From the NCBI GenBank assembly GCA_005110395.1, contig DUDU01000059.1, forward strand, positions 5,877 to 69,876: a DNA stretch of 64,000 nt, in the 5' to 3' direction. The position numbers and the translations under genes are program-made. Below the pieces are notes generated by a model that made no database searches, was not told the origin of the DNA, and saw nothing but the letters and a program-made list of their open reading frames with translations. Positions 10,871-21,790 of this stretch are shown piece by piece; position 1 is the stretch's first letter; each line of letters starts with the position of its first letter. The DNA comes from Candidatus Melainabacteria bacterium (GTDB lineage: Bacteria > Cyanobacteriota > Vampirovibrionia > Caenarcaniphilales > Caenarcanaceae).

Positions 10871-11282
10871 AGACTTACTACAAGTGCCCTAAATTAACAT
10901 AGCTAGACTTTTGAAATGCGTCCGTAAAAACAAATGAATGAGTTAATCCAAGCAATATAAATTCACAAATATTAAATTTAAGTTAAATCATTACTTAATG
11001 CACTGTTAATATTTGAGATTTTGTATTATTCTTATATTAAATAGAAGTTATATTAATAGCTTATAGTTTCTGGTATTTTAGCTGTATCTTATATAGGTTT
11101 CGCTTTTAAATATAAAAAATGCTTATTAGTTTCGAAATTTTCAATTTAGACAGTTTCAAGTCATTACAGTGCTTACTTAAGCTGATTTTAAAGAGTTTAA
11201 GGAATCCTTATGTTGATTTGTCCTGCATATTGCACAGTGAAGCTGTAAATAGTCAATTTGGAATAACGGCTTTTTGTGAGGT

Positions 11283-14200
11283 ATGCGCCTTATGAATTTA
11301 GCGTCTACTCAAACAATTCCTTCTTCTGGACAGTCAGCATCTTTAGCTGGACTGATCAATCAGATTAAGGATGGGGAAGCTAAGAAAAAACAGGCAGTAA
11401 AGAGTAAAGGCAAAAATAATATTGTTGTTCTGAATGGAAAAACAACTCAAAGAACAAGGAAGAAAAAAGATGATGAAGTTTCTCAAGGAGGATTAAGCCA
11501 GTCTAGTCAAAATGCGACTACTTCAATTCCCCCAACACAAAGTCCTAGCTCTAGCTTAGTTAATGCATTCGCAAATCCAGCCATTGCAACACCAACCACG
11601 ATTGCGATTTCTTCTTTATTGGCTTTAGCCCCAGTAGGCATTACAAAAATATCCAATCAATTTATAGATCGCAAATATAGTGAAGACTTTGCTCAAAAGC
11701 TACTTTCCAAGGAATTGTTCTCTGACAAAGAATTAGCTGAAATATATGACAAAGCAGTTTCTTTTCTATTAAATCCAGACAAAATCAAAATGTCTAAGAG
11801 ATTACGCTCCATGTATAACAACAAGAAACAGTTGGAAGATGGTGAAAAAGAATATAGAAAATTAGTTCTAGGTACTTGCCGTATTATCGTTTCTGGGAAA
11901 TTGCCAGTTCTGAATTGGGATGGGGATGGTTTCCAATTATTTAAGAATCAAAATTTTGTTAGCGCAACTGCTCCAACCGAAGCCAATGTAGACAGATCAA
12001 ATATTGCAACCACAGCTTTGTTTTTGCGGAGGTTTAAAAGCTTTATAAAACCATACAATCAAAGTACTGGTGCAAACGTTGACCCCAAAGATATTGCCCT
12101 TTATAAGTTCCTGACGATGCGAGCTGGGGCTTGGGATGGAAGAAGTTATAGACGTATACCACGTACTCCATTTTGGGAAAAAGCCGCTGATGGTTCATGG
12201 GCTGTTGGTATTCACAAAGAAGATGCTATTGATTCAACCATGGCAGAGTTAGGATTAGGTCCAGAATATGAACATCCTTTAGTTGAAGCAATTTCTTATC
12301 TTGGTTTGGGTGGAGTTGTGGATATTAAAAATGGAGGACAAATTCATTACAAAAAACCAGGTGATTCGAAAATCAATGGTGACAAAACTCAAGGAAGAAA
12401 ATTCATGAGAAGCGTTAATGAGACGTGGGAAAAATTGCAAAGTGTTTCTTCCGATCAATCAACGGTTAATCATCATTTAGAGAGACTTTCCAAATTATCT
12501 GGTGAAGAGTTTTTAAAGGAATATGAGAAATATGTCAAAGATGGTCAGTACAAAGATATTCATTTAGATGGCTTAATCGGTGAATTAGCTCTATTGACCA
12601 AAAAAGCTGGAATCAATGTTCTCGAAGTCAAAATGGTTCCCGAATACACTATTTCAGAAGAATGGGATCATTCGGGTGAAGAGCCGACGCTGAAAAATGA
12701 TTTTGGAATGCGTTACTACTTGAATGAAGCTCTTGATCTAAAGGCTGAAGGCAAAGAATGGAAAAGTTTTCTTCTGGATAAATTCAGGCCGCTTAGCAAT
12801 AATTCCTATGACAAAAGTCGAATTCCAGTAACTTCAAGATTATGGAATAAACTCACAAACTCAAATGATTTACATTCAATAGTCAAAGAATTTACATTAG
12901 GTGCAGTATTCAATTCGGTTTCTCACGCAATTGATGGGATTAATGCAATGGTTAATCCTGACTCACCAACCTATGATTATTACAAAGATTTACTGAGAAA
13001 TCTCTATAAAAAATATGCGAATGCACCTGAAGTTTTAGAGCATTTGAGTCAGCTTGGACAAGGATATGAAGCTCTGTTTGAGGAAATTAAAGATGGCAAG
13101 CAGGTGAAAAAGGGCATATTCAAAATGGCTGATAATGGAGTAAAAGCGCCATATATTGAATTTTCGGGATATTTTGCAAAAGATGCTTTTGAGAGAAGCC
13201 CTTGGGGAACAGTTGTTGCTGGTGGAGATAGTCAATCAACTGATTTAATAATGATTCTTGAAGCTATCGATCAAGCTTATGAAGAAAGAGAAAAAGCGAT
13301 AGAAAGCTTTCAAGCGTCCAAAGAGTTTTTGTCAGGAATAGGTAAATGGAAATATACGGCCGCAGAAGAAGCCAAAATGCTTCAAATAATTCAGGAAGAT
13401 GGCCTTGCTCTCGGTAAAAAAGCTCGAGGTCAAATAGATTTATTTAATGACAAGGCAAAAGAGCATATGCTCACTTGTGCTTTGAAAGATGGCGCATCTG
13501 CTGGATATGGATCTAGACCTTTTGCGGTTAAACAAAATGGCGATCAGTATGAATTAGTTGGACCTGAATATTCCGATCAATACAAAGGCAAAATAGTATC
13601 TAAAGAAGAGCTTTATAAGATATTTGAGAAAGTCGCTTCCCCTTGGTATGACGCTCGTATTAGTACTGCTCCAGATGTACATCAAAACAATCAGCAAATG
13701 GCAGAAGTCTGGCATTCACTTATGGGTGTGGATACAGATAAATTGAATACCAACATATTAGCTGAAGCAATTATTGGTAGAAACAATACAGATCGCAAAT
13801 GGGGCGCAAGCTTATTAATGCCTTATCACAAATGGCACGATCAATTAAGAGAAACCTTAGAAATCAAATCTCCAAAAGGGGTTTTTGATTTACCAACTAC
13901 TTTCATTCGTAGAGCCCCGGAAATCGGAGGAACTTTAGGACTAGCTGGAGCTGTCTTGGCCATGATTGGAGTTGCTGGTGAAGTTTATGACAATGTTGCG
14001 CATGATAATAAATTTGATCAGTCTTTCAGAGACATGGTTGCTAAAGCTTTCAGTTTATCCAATTTAGGATTAGCAATTACAACAGCTTTTGTAAAACCTA
14101 TTTTCTGGCCTTTCCAGGTTTTGGGTTCTCTTCTCGGTATTTCATCAGGCTTTTTACCTTCTGGCAGGCTTCAACAATACGTTGCTCTTGGTTCTATGGC

Positions 14201-15326
14201 TGCTTGGTTATTTGGCTCAGCCAGAGAAATGGGACATGATCAATGTACTTTTTTGGATACTCCCAAAGCACAGGATGAAGCTGAAAGAAAAGCTGAATTT
14301 ACAGTTGAGAATGATTTCTTACAATCAGGTTTTGAAGGTAAGAAAACAAATTATGATATTAAAGGGATTTTGACTCATCGTAATAGAGAGTCATCCAAAT
14401 TAATGGGCGACTTGGTTGAGAAAAAAGGTTGGTTGCCATTATTTGCTAAACCATTTGCTGATTTATCTTGGAATATAAATGCGTTTAAAGATGTTATTCG
14501 TGATCCCAAGTTGTTAAAGCTTGATAATTTGGTTTCGGTGGTTAATGGATTCAAATATGAACCAGCTCCTCACAGCATGCCACATCTGATAAATATGGGG
14601 GGCTGGATTTCAGTAGGCCTACTTGGTGCTACCGCTGCTATTCAGGCCATTAGCCATTTTACAAAGAAAGATCAAGAAGACGGAAAAACTTCAAGCACAG
14701 CTAATTCAGCAGAAGAAACACCTTCTGAATTACAAAAAATTTCTCAGAAAATGAAGGCAAGAGGAGTAAAGAATGGTAGAACTCCAGCTCCTAGTAGTCG
14801 TACATTATTAGATCCAAGAGTTACATCAAAACAAAAAATAGCAATTGAGAATTCTGGACTTGATAAAGCTGCTAGTGCGGTTGGTAGTTTGTCAGCTCTA
14901 ATACCTGCATTGGTATTTATTCTTCAAGGCTGGCTTCGCTCACAAAATGCAACTGGTAGTAGATTATTCTGGGCTACTGAAACTGGTGCGCAAAGATGGT
15001 ATAGGCCAGACGTTCTTGGAAAAGGTTTAATGATTTCAGCCGGATTACAAGCTGCTTCTGCTTTAGGTGTTACGGCTGGAGCCTTAGGTGCTTATGGGTC
15101 CAATACCAATGTAGTTGGGGTTGTTCAGAGTATGAATTATTTGGGTGCAGCTTTAGCATTGGCTTTTCAATCAATAGGTATCAAAGAAGGAGATGCAATT
15201 GGATTTATCAGAGACAGACTCTCTCTAATGCCCGATGGGAAAGGTGGATATAGACCAAATTCATATATGGGAGATCCACTAGAATGCCATGCGGTTTTGA
15301 GTGAAAGAAAAAGGGCAAATGCTTGA
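11283..15326 (+). CDS. Giant orphan protein (1347 aa): S/T/Q-rich N-terminus, ~900-aa soluble region, C-terminal ~450 aa with multiple glycine-zipper hydrophobic helices
   Basis: One long ORF. Hydrophobic segments GGTLGLAGAVLAMIGVAGEV, FWPFQVLGSLLGISSGF, GGWISVGLLGATAAIQAI and GLMISAGLQAASALGVTAGALGAYG. No motif I recognise. Confidence 0.7.
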   Translation: MRLMNLASTQTIPSSGQSASLAGLINQIKDGEAKKKQAVKSKGKNNIVVLNGKTTQRTRKKKDDEVSQGGLSQSSQNATTSIPPTQSPSSSLVNAFANPAIATPTTIAISSLLALAPVGITKISNQFIDRKYSEDFAQKLLSKELFSDKELAEIYDKAVSFLLNPDKIKMSKRLRSMYNNKKQLEDGEKEYRKLVLGTCRIIVSGKLPVLNWDGDGFQLFKNQNFVSATAPTEANVDRSNIATTALFLRRFKSFIKPYNQSTGANVDPKDIALYKFLTMRAGAWDGRSYRRIPRTPFWEKAADGSWAVGIHKEDAIDSTMAELGLGPEYEHPLVEAISYLGLGGVVDIKNGGQIHYKKPGDSKINGDKTQGRKFMRSVNETWEKLQSVSSDQSTVNHHLERLSKLSGEEFLKEYEKYVKDGQYKDIHLDGLIGELALLTKKAGINVLEVKMVPEYTISEEWDHSGEEPTLKNDFGMRYYLNEALDLKAEGKEWKSFLLDKFRPLSNNSYDKSRIPVTSRLWNKLTNSNDLHSIVKEFTLGAVFNSVSHAIDGINAMVNPDSPTYDYYKDLLRNLYKKYANAPEVLEHLSQLGQGYEALFEEIKDGKQVKKGIFKMADNGVKAPYIEFSGYFAKDAFERSPWGTVVAGGDSQSTDLIMILEAIDQAYEEREKAIESFQASKEFLSGIGKWKYTAAEEAKMLQIIQEDGLALGKKARGQIDLFNDKAKEHMLTCALKDGASAGYGSRPFAVKQNGDQYELVGPEYSDQYKGKIVSKEELYKIFEKVASPWYDARISTAPDVHQNNQQMAEVWHSLMGVDTDKLNTNILAEAIIGRNNTDRKWGASLLMPYHKWHDQLRETLEIKSPKGVFDLPTTFIRRAPEIGGTLGLAGAVLAMIGVAGEVYDNVAHDNKFDQSFRDMVAKAFSLSNLGLAITTAFVKPIFWPFQVLGSLLGISSGFLPSGRLQQYVALGSMAAWLFGSAREMGHDQCTFLDTPKAQDEAERKAEFTVENDFLQSGFEGKKTNYDIKGILTHRNRESSKLMGDLVEKKGWLPLFAKPFADLSWNINAFKDVIRDPKLLKLDNLVSVVNGFKYEPAPHSMPHLINMGGWISVGLLGATAAIQAISHFTKKDQEDGKTSSTANSAEETPSELQKISQKMKARGVKNGRTPAPSSRTLLDPRVTSKQKIAIENSGLDKAASAVGSLSALIPALVFILQGWLRSQNATGSRLFWATETGAQRWYRPDVLGKGLMISAGLQAASALGVTAGALGAYGSNTNVVGVVQSMNYLGAALALAFQSIGIKEGDAIGFIRDRLSLMPDGKGGYRPNSYMGDPLECHAVLSERKRANA

Positions 15327-15380
15327 TTAGATGAGAGGTGTAAAACTGATTTGTTTTTGATTTTTAATGCTTTAAATAAT

Positions 15381-15968
15381 CTATTTCAACAAAAAACTTT
15401 CAATTGTTTCCAGTACACCTGGCTTTAGCCAAAATAAGAGCAAATAGGCGAAGCAACCCAATGAGACTGGTAGTGCATAAGGCTGAATGCGACTTCTTTT
15501 AGTATCTTTTACATAAGTCCAATAATTTCCCAGCTTTTGAGAAGTCCTGCCGGCTGAGTTGAAATATATAAAGGCGGCTCTTAATTCGTTTAATAAAAAA
15601 GGAATTATTAAAAGGGCATTCAATAAGCTACCCAAAACAAAGACCCAGAGAAAATTTTTGATGCCTAGTATCAGCCCAAGTATTGCCAATAATTTCACGT
15701 CGCCAGCACCACCGAGTCTAAGCACAAATGGAATAAACAGAATCGCAAATCCAATTAGACATGCCAATAACCCATCCCAAAGATAATGCGGATTTGCAAA
15801 AACTAAAACAATTCGCAAAATCAAGGCTAAAACAAAAAATATCAAATTGTAAAGATTAGGAATCTTGCGATATTTCAAGTCAAATATAGCTGCACCTAGA
15901 GAAAATGCCACAGCAAGCCCAAGAAGAGAAAAATTAATAATAATCGTCTGGCTTTCATTGAAATTCAT
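15381..15968 (-). CDS. A24-family prepilin peptidase, short CpaA/TadV-like form with no N-terminal domain
   Basis: Catalytic Asp contexts FDLKYRKIPN and GGAGDVKLLAILG; polytopic membrane protein of 195 aa. Confidence 0.75.
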   Translation of the reverse strand: MNFNESQTIIINFSLLGLAVAFSLGAAIFDLKYRKIPNLYNLIFFVLALILRIVLVFANPHYLWDGLLACLIGFAILFIPFVLRLGGAGDVKLLAILGLILGIKNFLWVFVLGSLLNALLIIPFLLNELRAAFIYFNSAGRTSQKLGNYWTYVKDTKRSRIQPYALPVSLGCFAYLLLFWLKPGVLETIESFLLK

Positions 15969-15981
15969 GAACGGAAGTCTA

Positions 15982-16995
15982 TCAAACTAAAGCTTTTATT
16001 CCCAGACTTGATGTAATTATATTCTGCTTAAACTCACTGAGAGATAAAGTTTTGTCTGAATTATGATTAAGCAAAGCACAGCCTTGTGAAATCCCCCTTT
16101 CATTCATTTGCTTGCGTAAAGTATCCAAAAATAAATCTTTGTCATCGGCCCAAGCTGGCGCAATCAATTCATCTCTGGTTGCGGCTTCTGCCATCAAGCG
16201 GTGCACTGTAATTTCTGGTGGCAAAATACTCAAAATATCAATTACTAAATCAATATAAGCCTGCATCTCTAACGGTTGAATTAGGCCTTCAGCGTATTCA
16301 TAAGCAAGCTTAGTATCTTTCAAAACGCATAAATTGTGAATTTTGATTCCATCAATTGGTAGCTTTGATAAAGCCAATCCAGTTTGATAACTTAGACTTA
16401 AATCCTTGTCTTCCCCTGGTAAGCCTGCAATCATATGTGCGCAAATTTTTGTTCGTGGTGCTCTTGTTTTTATTCTCTCAATTGCATCAAAAAATTCTTC
16501 GGAGGTATGTCCTCTATTGATTGCCTCAAGTGTTTGATTGTGAATTGTTTGCAACCCTAAATCAATCCAGACTTCTACCTTATCGCAATAAGATTCAATG
16601 AGATCTATTACATCATTGGGTAAGCAGTCTGGCCTAGTACCAATCGACAACATGATTATGTCTGGATGATTTATGGCTTGATCGTAAACTGTTTTGAGCA
16701 GATGAGCGGGCGCATAAGTATTGGTAAATGACTGTAAATATGCAATAAATTTTTTGGCTTTATGACGCTTTTGATGCTTATCAATTCCTTTTTGAAGTTG
16801 AATTTCGATTGGGTCTTCAGGATTTTGCCCTTTAGATGAAGATCCATCAGCGGTGCAGAAAGTACAACCACCAAATGCTCTATTTCCATCACGGTTTGGA
16901 CAAGTAAAATTGCCTTCTAATGGAATTCTCCAGACAATAGTTTTGTATTGCTGACGTAAATATTGATTAAATGAATTATATGGAATCTGTGTCAA
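15982..16995 (-). CDS. Radical SAM protein, TIGR01212 family
   Basis: CPNRDGNRAFGGCTFCTADGSS cluster motif. Confidence 0.85.
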   Translation of the reverse strand: MTQIPYNSFNQYLRQQYKTIVWRIPLEGNFTCPNRDGNRAFGGCTFCTADGSSSKGQNPEDPIEIQLQKGIDKHQKRHKAKKFIAYLQSFTNTYAPAHLLKTVYDQAINHPDIIMLSIGTRPDCLPNDVIDLIESYCDKVEVWIDLGLQTIHNQTLEAINRGHTSEEFFDAIERIKTRAPRTKICAHMIAGLPGEDKDLSLSYQTGLALSKLPIDGIKIHNLCVLKDTKLAYEYAEGLIQPLEMQAYIDLVIDILSILPPEITVHRLMAEAATRDELIAPAWADDKDLFLDTLRKQMNERGISQGCALLNHNSDKTLSLSEFKQNIITSSLGIKALV

Positions 16996-17076
16996 GGTTT
17001 TTTAGTTTTAGAGCCTTTTTGCGTCTCATTTGCAAATGAATTAGTGAATGAGAAAAAAGATTTTGAATAAACATGA

Positions 17077-17595
17077 TTGAATAATCTTAAATTCTACATA
17101 GAAAAAATTAAGGGAAAACAATTTATGTGGCACTTATCACTTCCATGGTGGGGATTTATCGTAAGAGCTGTAATTGTTTATCTTTTTTTGATTTTGGCTT
17201 TGCGTATTTCAGGTAAACGTCAAATTGGACAATTAGCGCCTTTTGATTTGATTTTATTATTGGTATTAAGTAATGCTGTTCAGAATTCCATGAATGGAGG
17301 AGATAACTCACTTCTTGGTGGCTTAATATCAGCTATTACTTTGATTATTCTCAACTATGCAACAGGTTATATTGCTTATCGGAATAAGTCACTGGAAAAG
17401 CTAATTGACGGAACCCCATTAGTTTTGATTCACAATGGAATGCTTTTTACAGATGTTATGGAAAAAGAAAAAATTTCGCACAATGAATTAAACGCTGCAT
17501 TGAGAGAAGGTGGTTGTTCTTCGATAAATGAAGTTCATTTTGCCATTCTTGAAAACAATGGACGAATTAGCATTAAGCAGAAAAACGTTAATTAG
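17077..17595 (+). CDS. DUF421 (YetF-like) membrane protein
   Basis: N-terminal TM helices plus a C-terminal YetF-like domain. The true start may be the internal MWHLSL. Confidence 0.65.
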   Translation: MNNLKFYIEKIKGKQFMWHLSLPWWGFIVRAVIVYLFLILALRISGKRQIGQLAPFDLILLLVLSNAVQNSMNGGDNSLLGGLISAITLIILNYATGYIAYRNKSLEKLIDGTPLVLIHNGMLFTDVMEKEKISHNELNAALREGGCSSINEVHFAILENNGRISIKQKNVN

Positions 17596-17599
17596 TTTA

Positions 17600-17992
17600 T
17601 TAAATCTTTGCTCCAACTCTGGAAGCTAAGTCCGAACTTTTTTGTATAGCTTCAATCGCTAAATCAGCAACCTCAAATTCATTTAATCTAAGTAAATGCT
17701 TCCAAATGGTTCGGAGAGAATCTTCTAAAACTTTACGCTGATGAATTGGCATTTTCCTTAATACATTTGCCAAATCTTGATCTTGTCTAAAAAAATATAC
17801 GGCGCATAAAACATTGGCAACATGACTGACTTCTTTAGCAAGTTCACCATCTTGAGTAGACAAACTGCCTTCCATTGCTTTTGAGAGGAGTGATTCTGTC
17901 AGCTTCCCACAACTTTGCAAATAGTAATTCAACAAATCAAAGTTGTTTACTTTTTCAGCAAATTCACCAGAGAATTTATCGTTTTCGCCCAT
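17600..17992 (-). CDS. Hypothetical protein (130 aa)
   Basis: Clean ORF, convergent with DUF421; no recognisable motif. Confidence 0.45.
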   Translation of the reverse strand: MGENDKFSGEFAEKVNNFDLLNYYLQSCGKLTESLLSKAMEGSLSTQDGELAKEVSHVANVLCAVYFFRQDQDLANVLRKMPIHQRKVLEDSLRTIWKHLLRLNEFEVADLAIEAIQKSSDLASRVGAKI

Positions 17993-18274
17993 CTAGCATC
18001 TCCGTTTGGCTTACATCTTACTGTTTCAGTGTACAGACCGAAAGTAAAGAAATCCCTAAGAAAAACAGGGAAATATTCTTAAGTTAATTTAATATTTTGC
18101 AGAGTCCTGAATAAATGCCTATCATGAGATTTGTTCACCTATTCTGAATCATTATCGTATTTCACCAAGAAGTAATTCAAAAACTAATTAAATTCAAAAG
18201 CAATTTGTTTCAATCTATTGCTTTTGATGAACTAAGAGATCTTAAAAGCTTCAATAAATAAACAGGAAAACATT

Positions 18275-18562
18275 ATGCAGAAATTTTTACGAAGAACACA
18301 TGGCGCTTTAGGTTTATTATTTGGAGTTTTTATTTTGATTCAGGGTGTAACAGCTGTTTTGCTAGGCTTTGATGATCAAATCGAAAAATTGTACGGTGAA
18401 AACACAGTTAAAACAATTGAAAACATTCACAAGGGGAAAATATATGGCCCCTATAAATCCCCGTACAGAGTATTAGTTGGTTTATCGCTTGTTTACATGT
18501 CCATCTCAGGAATTTGGATTGGCTTTTCGACAATTAGCGCTAGCAAGAAGAAAACGAAGTGA
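18275..18562 (+). CDS. Small PepSY-TM-like membrane protein
   Basis: RRTHGALGLLFGVFILIQGVTAVLLGF resembles a PepSY-associated TM helix, followed by a second TM. Confidence 0.45.
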   Translation: MQKFLRRTHGALGLLFGVFILIQGVTAVLLGFDDQIEKLYGENTVKTIENIHKGKIYGPYKSPYRVLVGLSLVYMSISGIWIGFSTISASKKKTK

Positions 18563-18969
18563 TTTTGGAAAATATGAATTTTATCTTTCTCCATTGAAAC
18601 CAAATTTTCTCCATTACAAAACTTAAACCGTAAATTAAATAATTCAAGTTACGCAAAAATTATTTTCTGTTTGCTGGGATAGTTCCTGAGACAAGCTCAG
18701 GATGATAAGATTGAGTTTTCTCTGTCATTCCGTCCTGGATTTATTTCAGGATTGTTTCGGAAACTAAATAAAATTATGCGACTTGCGTGAGGTAAATTAA
18801 ATAAATCGGACTATTTCTATAATTGGTAAAATTAATTAACTCTTTTTCTTCTTCTGATCCAGAGTAGGAGCCAAAATTAATCAATGAAAAGTTGAAGTAA
18901 TTATTTCCAAAATAAGCCTGCTAAATAAGGCCAGAAAATCGTTTATATTAAGCAAAAATAAAATCAATA

Positions 18970-20964
18970 ATGTCAGAATCAGCTTCCAGCAATAAATCTT
19001 CTGTTGAATCTAAAGTCATCAATGTAATTCTCCCAGATGGCTCAACAAGACAATTATCAAGCCTTTCAACTGGAGAGGATTTAGCCAAAGAAATTAGTTC
19101 TCGCTTACTTAAAGATTCAATTGGTTTAGAAATCAATGGTGAATTGGCTGATTTGAAAACTATTTTGAAGGATCAAGATAAAGTCAAAATTATTACGATC
19201 AAAGATGCACAAAGTCTTGAATTTCTCAGACATAGCACAGCACACATTTTGGCTTGCGCCGTTCAGAAGGTCTATCCTCAAGCAAAAATCACAATTGGCC
19301 CAGTTATTCAGGATGGTTTTTATTATGACTTTTATATACCTGATACAAACCTGTCTACAGAAGATTTGCCCAAAATTGAAGCTGAAATGCAAAGAATTGT
19401 TGATGCAGGTTTAGAGTTTAGGAAAATTCAAATTACCAATCCTGATGAGCAGATTAAAGAATTTATTCAACAAGGTGAAAAATTTAAAGCGGAATTACTT
19501 GAAAAATTCAAGGCTGAAAATCCAACTCAATATGGACTTTTTCACCCCCCAAGCCCCGAAGGGGGAGCAAATCAAGATACTAGCTTATCCCAAGATCCAG
19601 TTTGGAGTGATTTGTGCAGAGGACCTCATATTGCAAATACTAAGCAAGTAAAAGCTTTCAAGCTCTTGTCTGTCTCTAGTGCATATTGGCATGGTGATGA
19701 AAAACAAGAATCCTTGCAGCGCATATATGGAACCGCTTGGTTTAGCAAAGCTGACCTAGAAGCCTATTTGCAAAGAATAGAAGAAGCAGAAAGACGCGAT
19801 CACCGCAAATTGTCTCGGCAACATGAATTATTCTCCACTCACGATGAAGCTGGTCCTGGTTTGATTTTCTGGCATCCAAAGCTGGCTTTCCTAAGAGCAA
19901 GAATTGAAGAATTTTGGAAAGACTTACACGAAGACAATGGCTATGAATTAGTTTTCACACCTCATATTGCTCGACGTGAGCTTTGGGAAACTTCTGGGCA
20001 TACTGAGTTCTATATGGACAATATGTTTCAGATGAAGCAAATTGATGAGCAAGAATATCTTCTCAAGCCTATGAATTGCCCATTTCATGTTTTGATTTTT
20101 GATTCAACCCGTCATAGTTATCGTGAATTGCCAATTAGACTGGCTGAAATGGGAACGGTTTACCGATTTGAGCGTTCAGGAGCCCTGCATGGTTTAGCTC
20201 GTGTGAGAGGCTTTACTCAAGATGATGCTCACGTTTTTTGCACACCAAACCAGTTGGTTGATGAGGTTTGTGCAATTATCAAATTAATCGATATTGTCTA
20301 TTCCAAGTTCGATTTAAAATACAGTGCCGAATTATCAACCAGGCCAGAAGAGCGCATTGGGGAAGACGGCATTTGGGATATGGCTGAAAATGCACTCAAA
20401 AAAGCTTTAGAGCAAAGTGGACTTGCATATCAACTCAATGAAGGCGATGGTGCTTTTTATGGACCTAAAATTGATTTCAAATTGCAAGATGCTTTAGGTC
20501 GTTCATGGCAAGGCGCAACAATTCAGGTTGATTTCAATTTGCCTAATCGATTTGAGCTCAAATATACTAGCTCTGACGGCAACCTCGAAAAGCCAGTTAT
20601 GCTTCACCGTGCAATTTTTGGTAGCTTGGAAAGATTCACGGCTTTATTGATTGAAAATTATGCTGGAGCATTTCCTTTCTGGCTCTCACAGAAGCAAGTA
20701 GCCATTTTGCCAATTTCAGATAGACATAATGAATATTGCAAGGAAATTAAAGAAGCTCTCAAGAAGCTGAAAGTCAGAGCAAATATTGATGAAAGAGCCG
20801 AAAAAATTGGTGCCAAAATCAGAGATGCGCAGATTGAACAAATTCCTTATATGTTGGTAATTGGCGACAAAGAGATAGATGAAAAGAAAATCTCTGTGCG
20901 TGACCGCCGCAAGGGTGATTTGGGTTCAATGAGCATAGATGATTTTATAGAAAGTCTAAAATAA
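18970..20964 (+). CDS. thrS: Threonine--tRNA ligase
   Basis: TGS domain, HSTAHILA editing motif, class II core FRHSTAH...RVRGFTQDDAHVFC. Confidence 0.95.
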   Translation: MSESASSNKSSVESKVINVILPDGSTRQLSSLSTGEDLAKEISSRLLKDSIGLEINGELADLKTILKDQDKVKIITIKDAQSLEFLRHSTAHILACAVQKVYPQAKITIGPVIQDGFYYDFYIPDTNLSTEDLPKIEAEMQRIVDAGLEFRKIQITNPDEQIKEFIQQGEKFKAELLEKFKAENPTQYGLFHPPSPEGGANQDTSLSQDPVWSDLCRGPHIANTKQVKAFKLLSVSSAYWHGDEKQESLQRIYGTAWFSKADLEAYLQRIEEAERRDHRKLSRQHELFSTHDEAGPGLIFWHPKLAFLRARIEEFWKDLHEDNGYELVFTPHIARRELWETSGHTEFYMDNMFQMKQIDEQEYLLKPMNCPFHVLIFDSTRHSYRELPIRLAEMGTVYRFERSGALHGLARVRGFTQDDAHVFCTPNQLVDEVCAIIKLIDIVYSKFDLKYSAELSTRPEERIGEDGIWDMAENALKKALEQSGLAYQLNEGDGAFYGPKIDFKLQDALGRSWQGATIQVDFNLPNRFELKYTSSDGNLEKPVMLHRAIFGSLERFTALLIENYAGAFPFWLSQKQVAILPISDRHNEYCKEIKEALKKLKVRANIDERAEKIGAKIRDAQIEQIPYMLVIGDKEIDEKKISVRDRRKGDLGSMSIDDFIESLK

Positions 20965-20992
20965 AAGTAGAGAGCTGAAACTTTATACTTTC

Positions 20993-21790
20993 TTAACTTC
21001 CCAGTTTCCCATACTGCTGATAGTCTGAAAAGTAAAGAATCATTTTCTTTCCATTCTTAATGTATGGATAAAATAACTCATAATTTCCACCACTTGCACT
21101 AAATCTTACGGTGTCAAGGTTTGTGTAAAATATGCTACTCAAATATTCTCTCTCGTCTTTTGTTGTTTTGTGAATAAAATCTTTTTTAATTGGTTGAATC
21201 GTGTCATTTAGATTTCCGTTGTAGTCTCTAAAGATAAGGAAAACTTGTGATTTATCTATGCTATCAGGAACTATCACAGAAATATATGGGAAATGCTTAT
21301 CTGTCTTTGAGTATAGGTCAAGGATATTATCAGTTTCAATTATCCAATTCTCATTAAATGAGTAATTAAGTAGTTTATCTAATTTCTCTATATTGTTTTC
21401 AATGATTGATTTAGCTGAAGAGATAAGCAATTTTTCTTTCTTTTTAGAAGTTACATAATCACCACCGTAGAGCAGTCCAAAAAGTAATGGAAAACTTAAT
21501 GCAAAGACAATCCCTAATGTTTGACTTGTCTTCTTAGCCGTGTTCAAATTATCTTGATTATGCTTTTCAGCAATTCTCGTTAAGTTAAACATAATATTAA
21601 TAATTAATGAACCCATCATCAATGCCAATATTCCAAATACACTTAAATAGAATGTTTGGGTTATATTTTCTTGGAATATTTTGAGTTTAAAAACAGTAAT
21701 CGAGATAAAGGCGAAAACCCAATAAACTAATAGAATTATTGAAATGATTCCGATTGTGTTGCTTAGTCTAACTAATGATTTATTATTCAT
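20993..21790 (-). CDS. Hypothetical membrane protein (4 N-terminal TM helices + C-terminal domain)
   Basis: ORF with hydrophobic N-terminal third; no motif recognised. Confidence 0.5.
   Translation of the reverse strand: MNNKSLVRLSNTIGIISIILLVYWVFAFISITVFKLKIFQENITQTFYLSVFGILALMMGSLIINIMFNLTRIAEKHNQDNLNTAKKTSQTLGIVFALSFPLLFGLLYGGDYVTSKKKEKLLISSAKSIIENNIEKLDKLLNYSFNENWIIETDNILDLYSKTDKHFPYISVIVPDSIDKSQVFLIFRDYNGNLNDTIQPIKKDFIHKTTKDEREYLSSIFYTNLDTVRFSASGGNYELFYPYIKNGKKMILYFSDYQQYGKLGS

Noticed and set aside
18684-18760. Hairpins upstream of thrS as a possible ThrRS autoregulatory operator
   Set aside because: Two short stem-loops exist (cctgag-acaag-ctcagg; tcctg...cagga). Their loops do not mimic a tRNA-Thr anticodon loop, so support is too weak.
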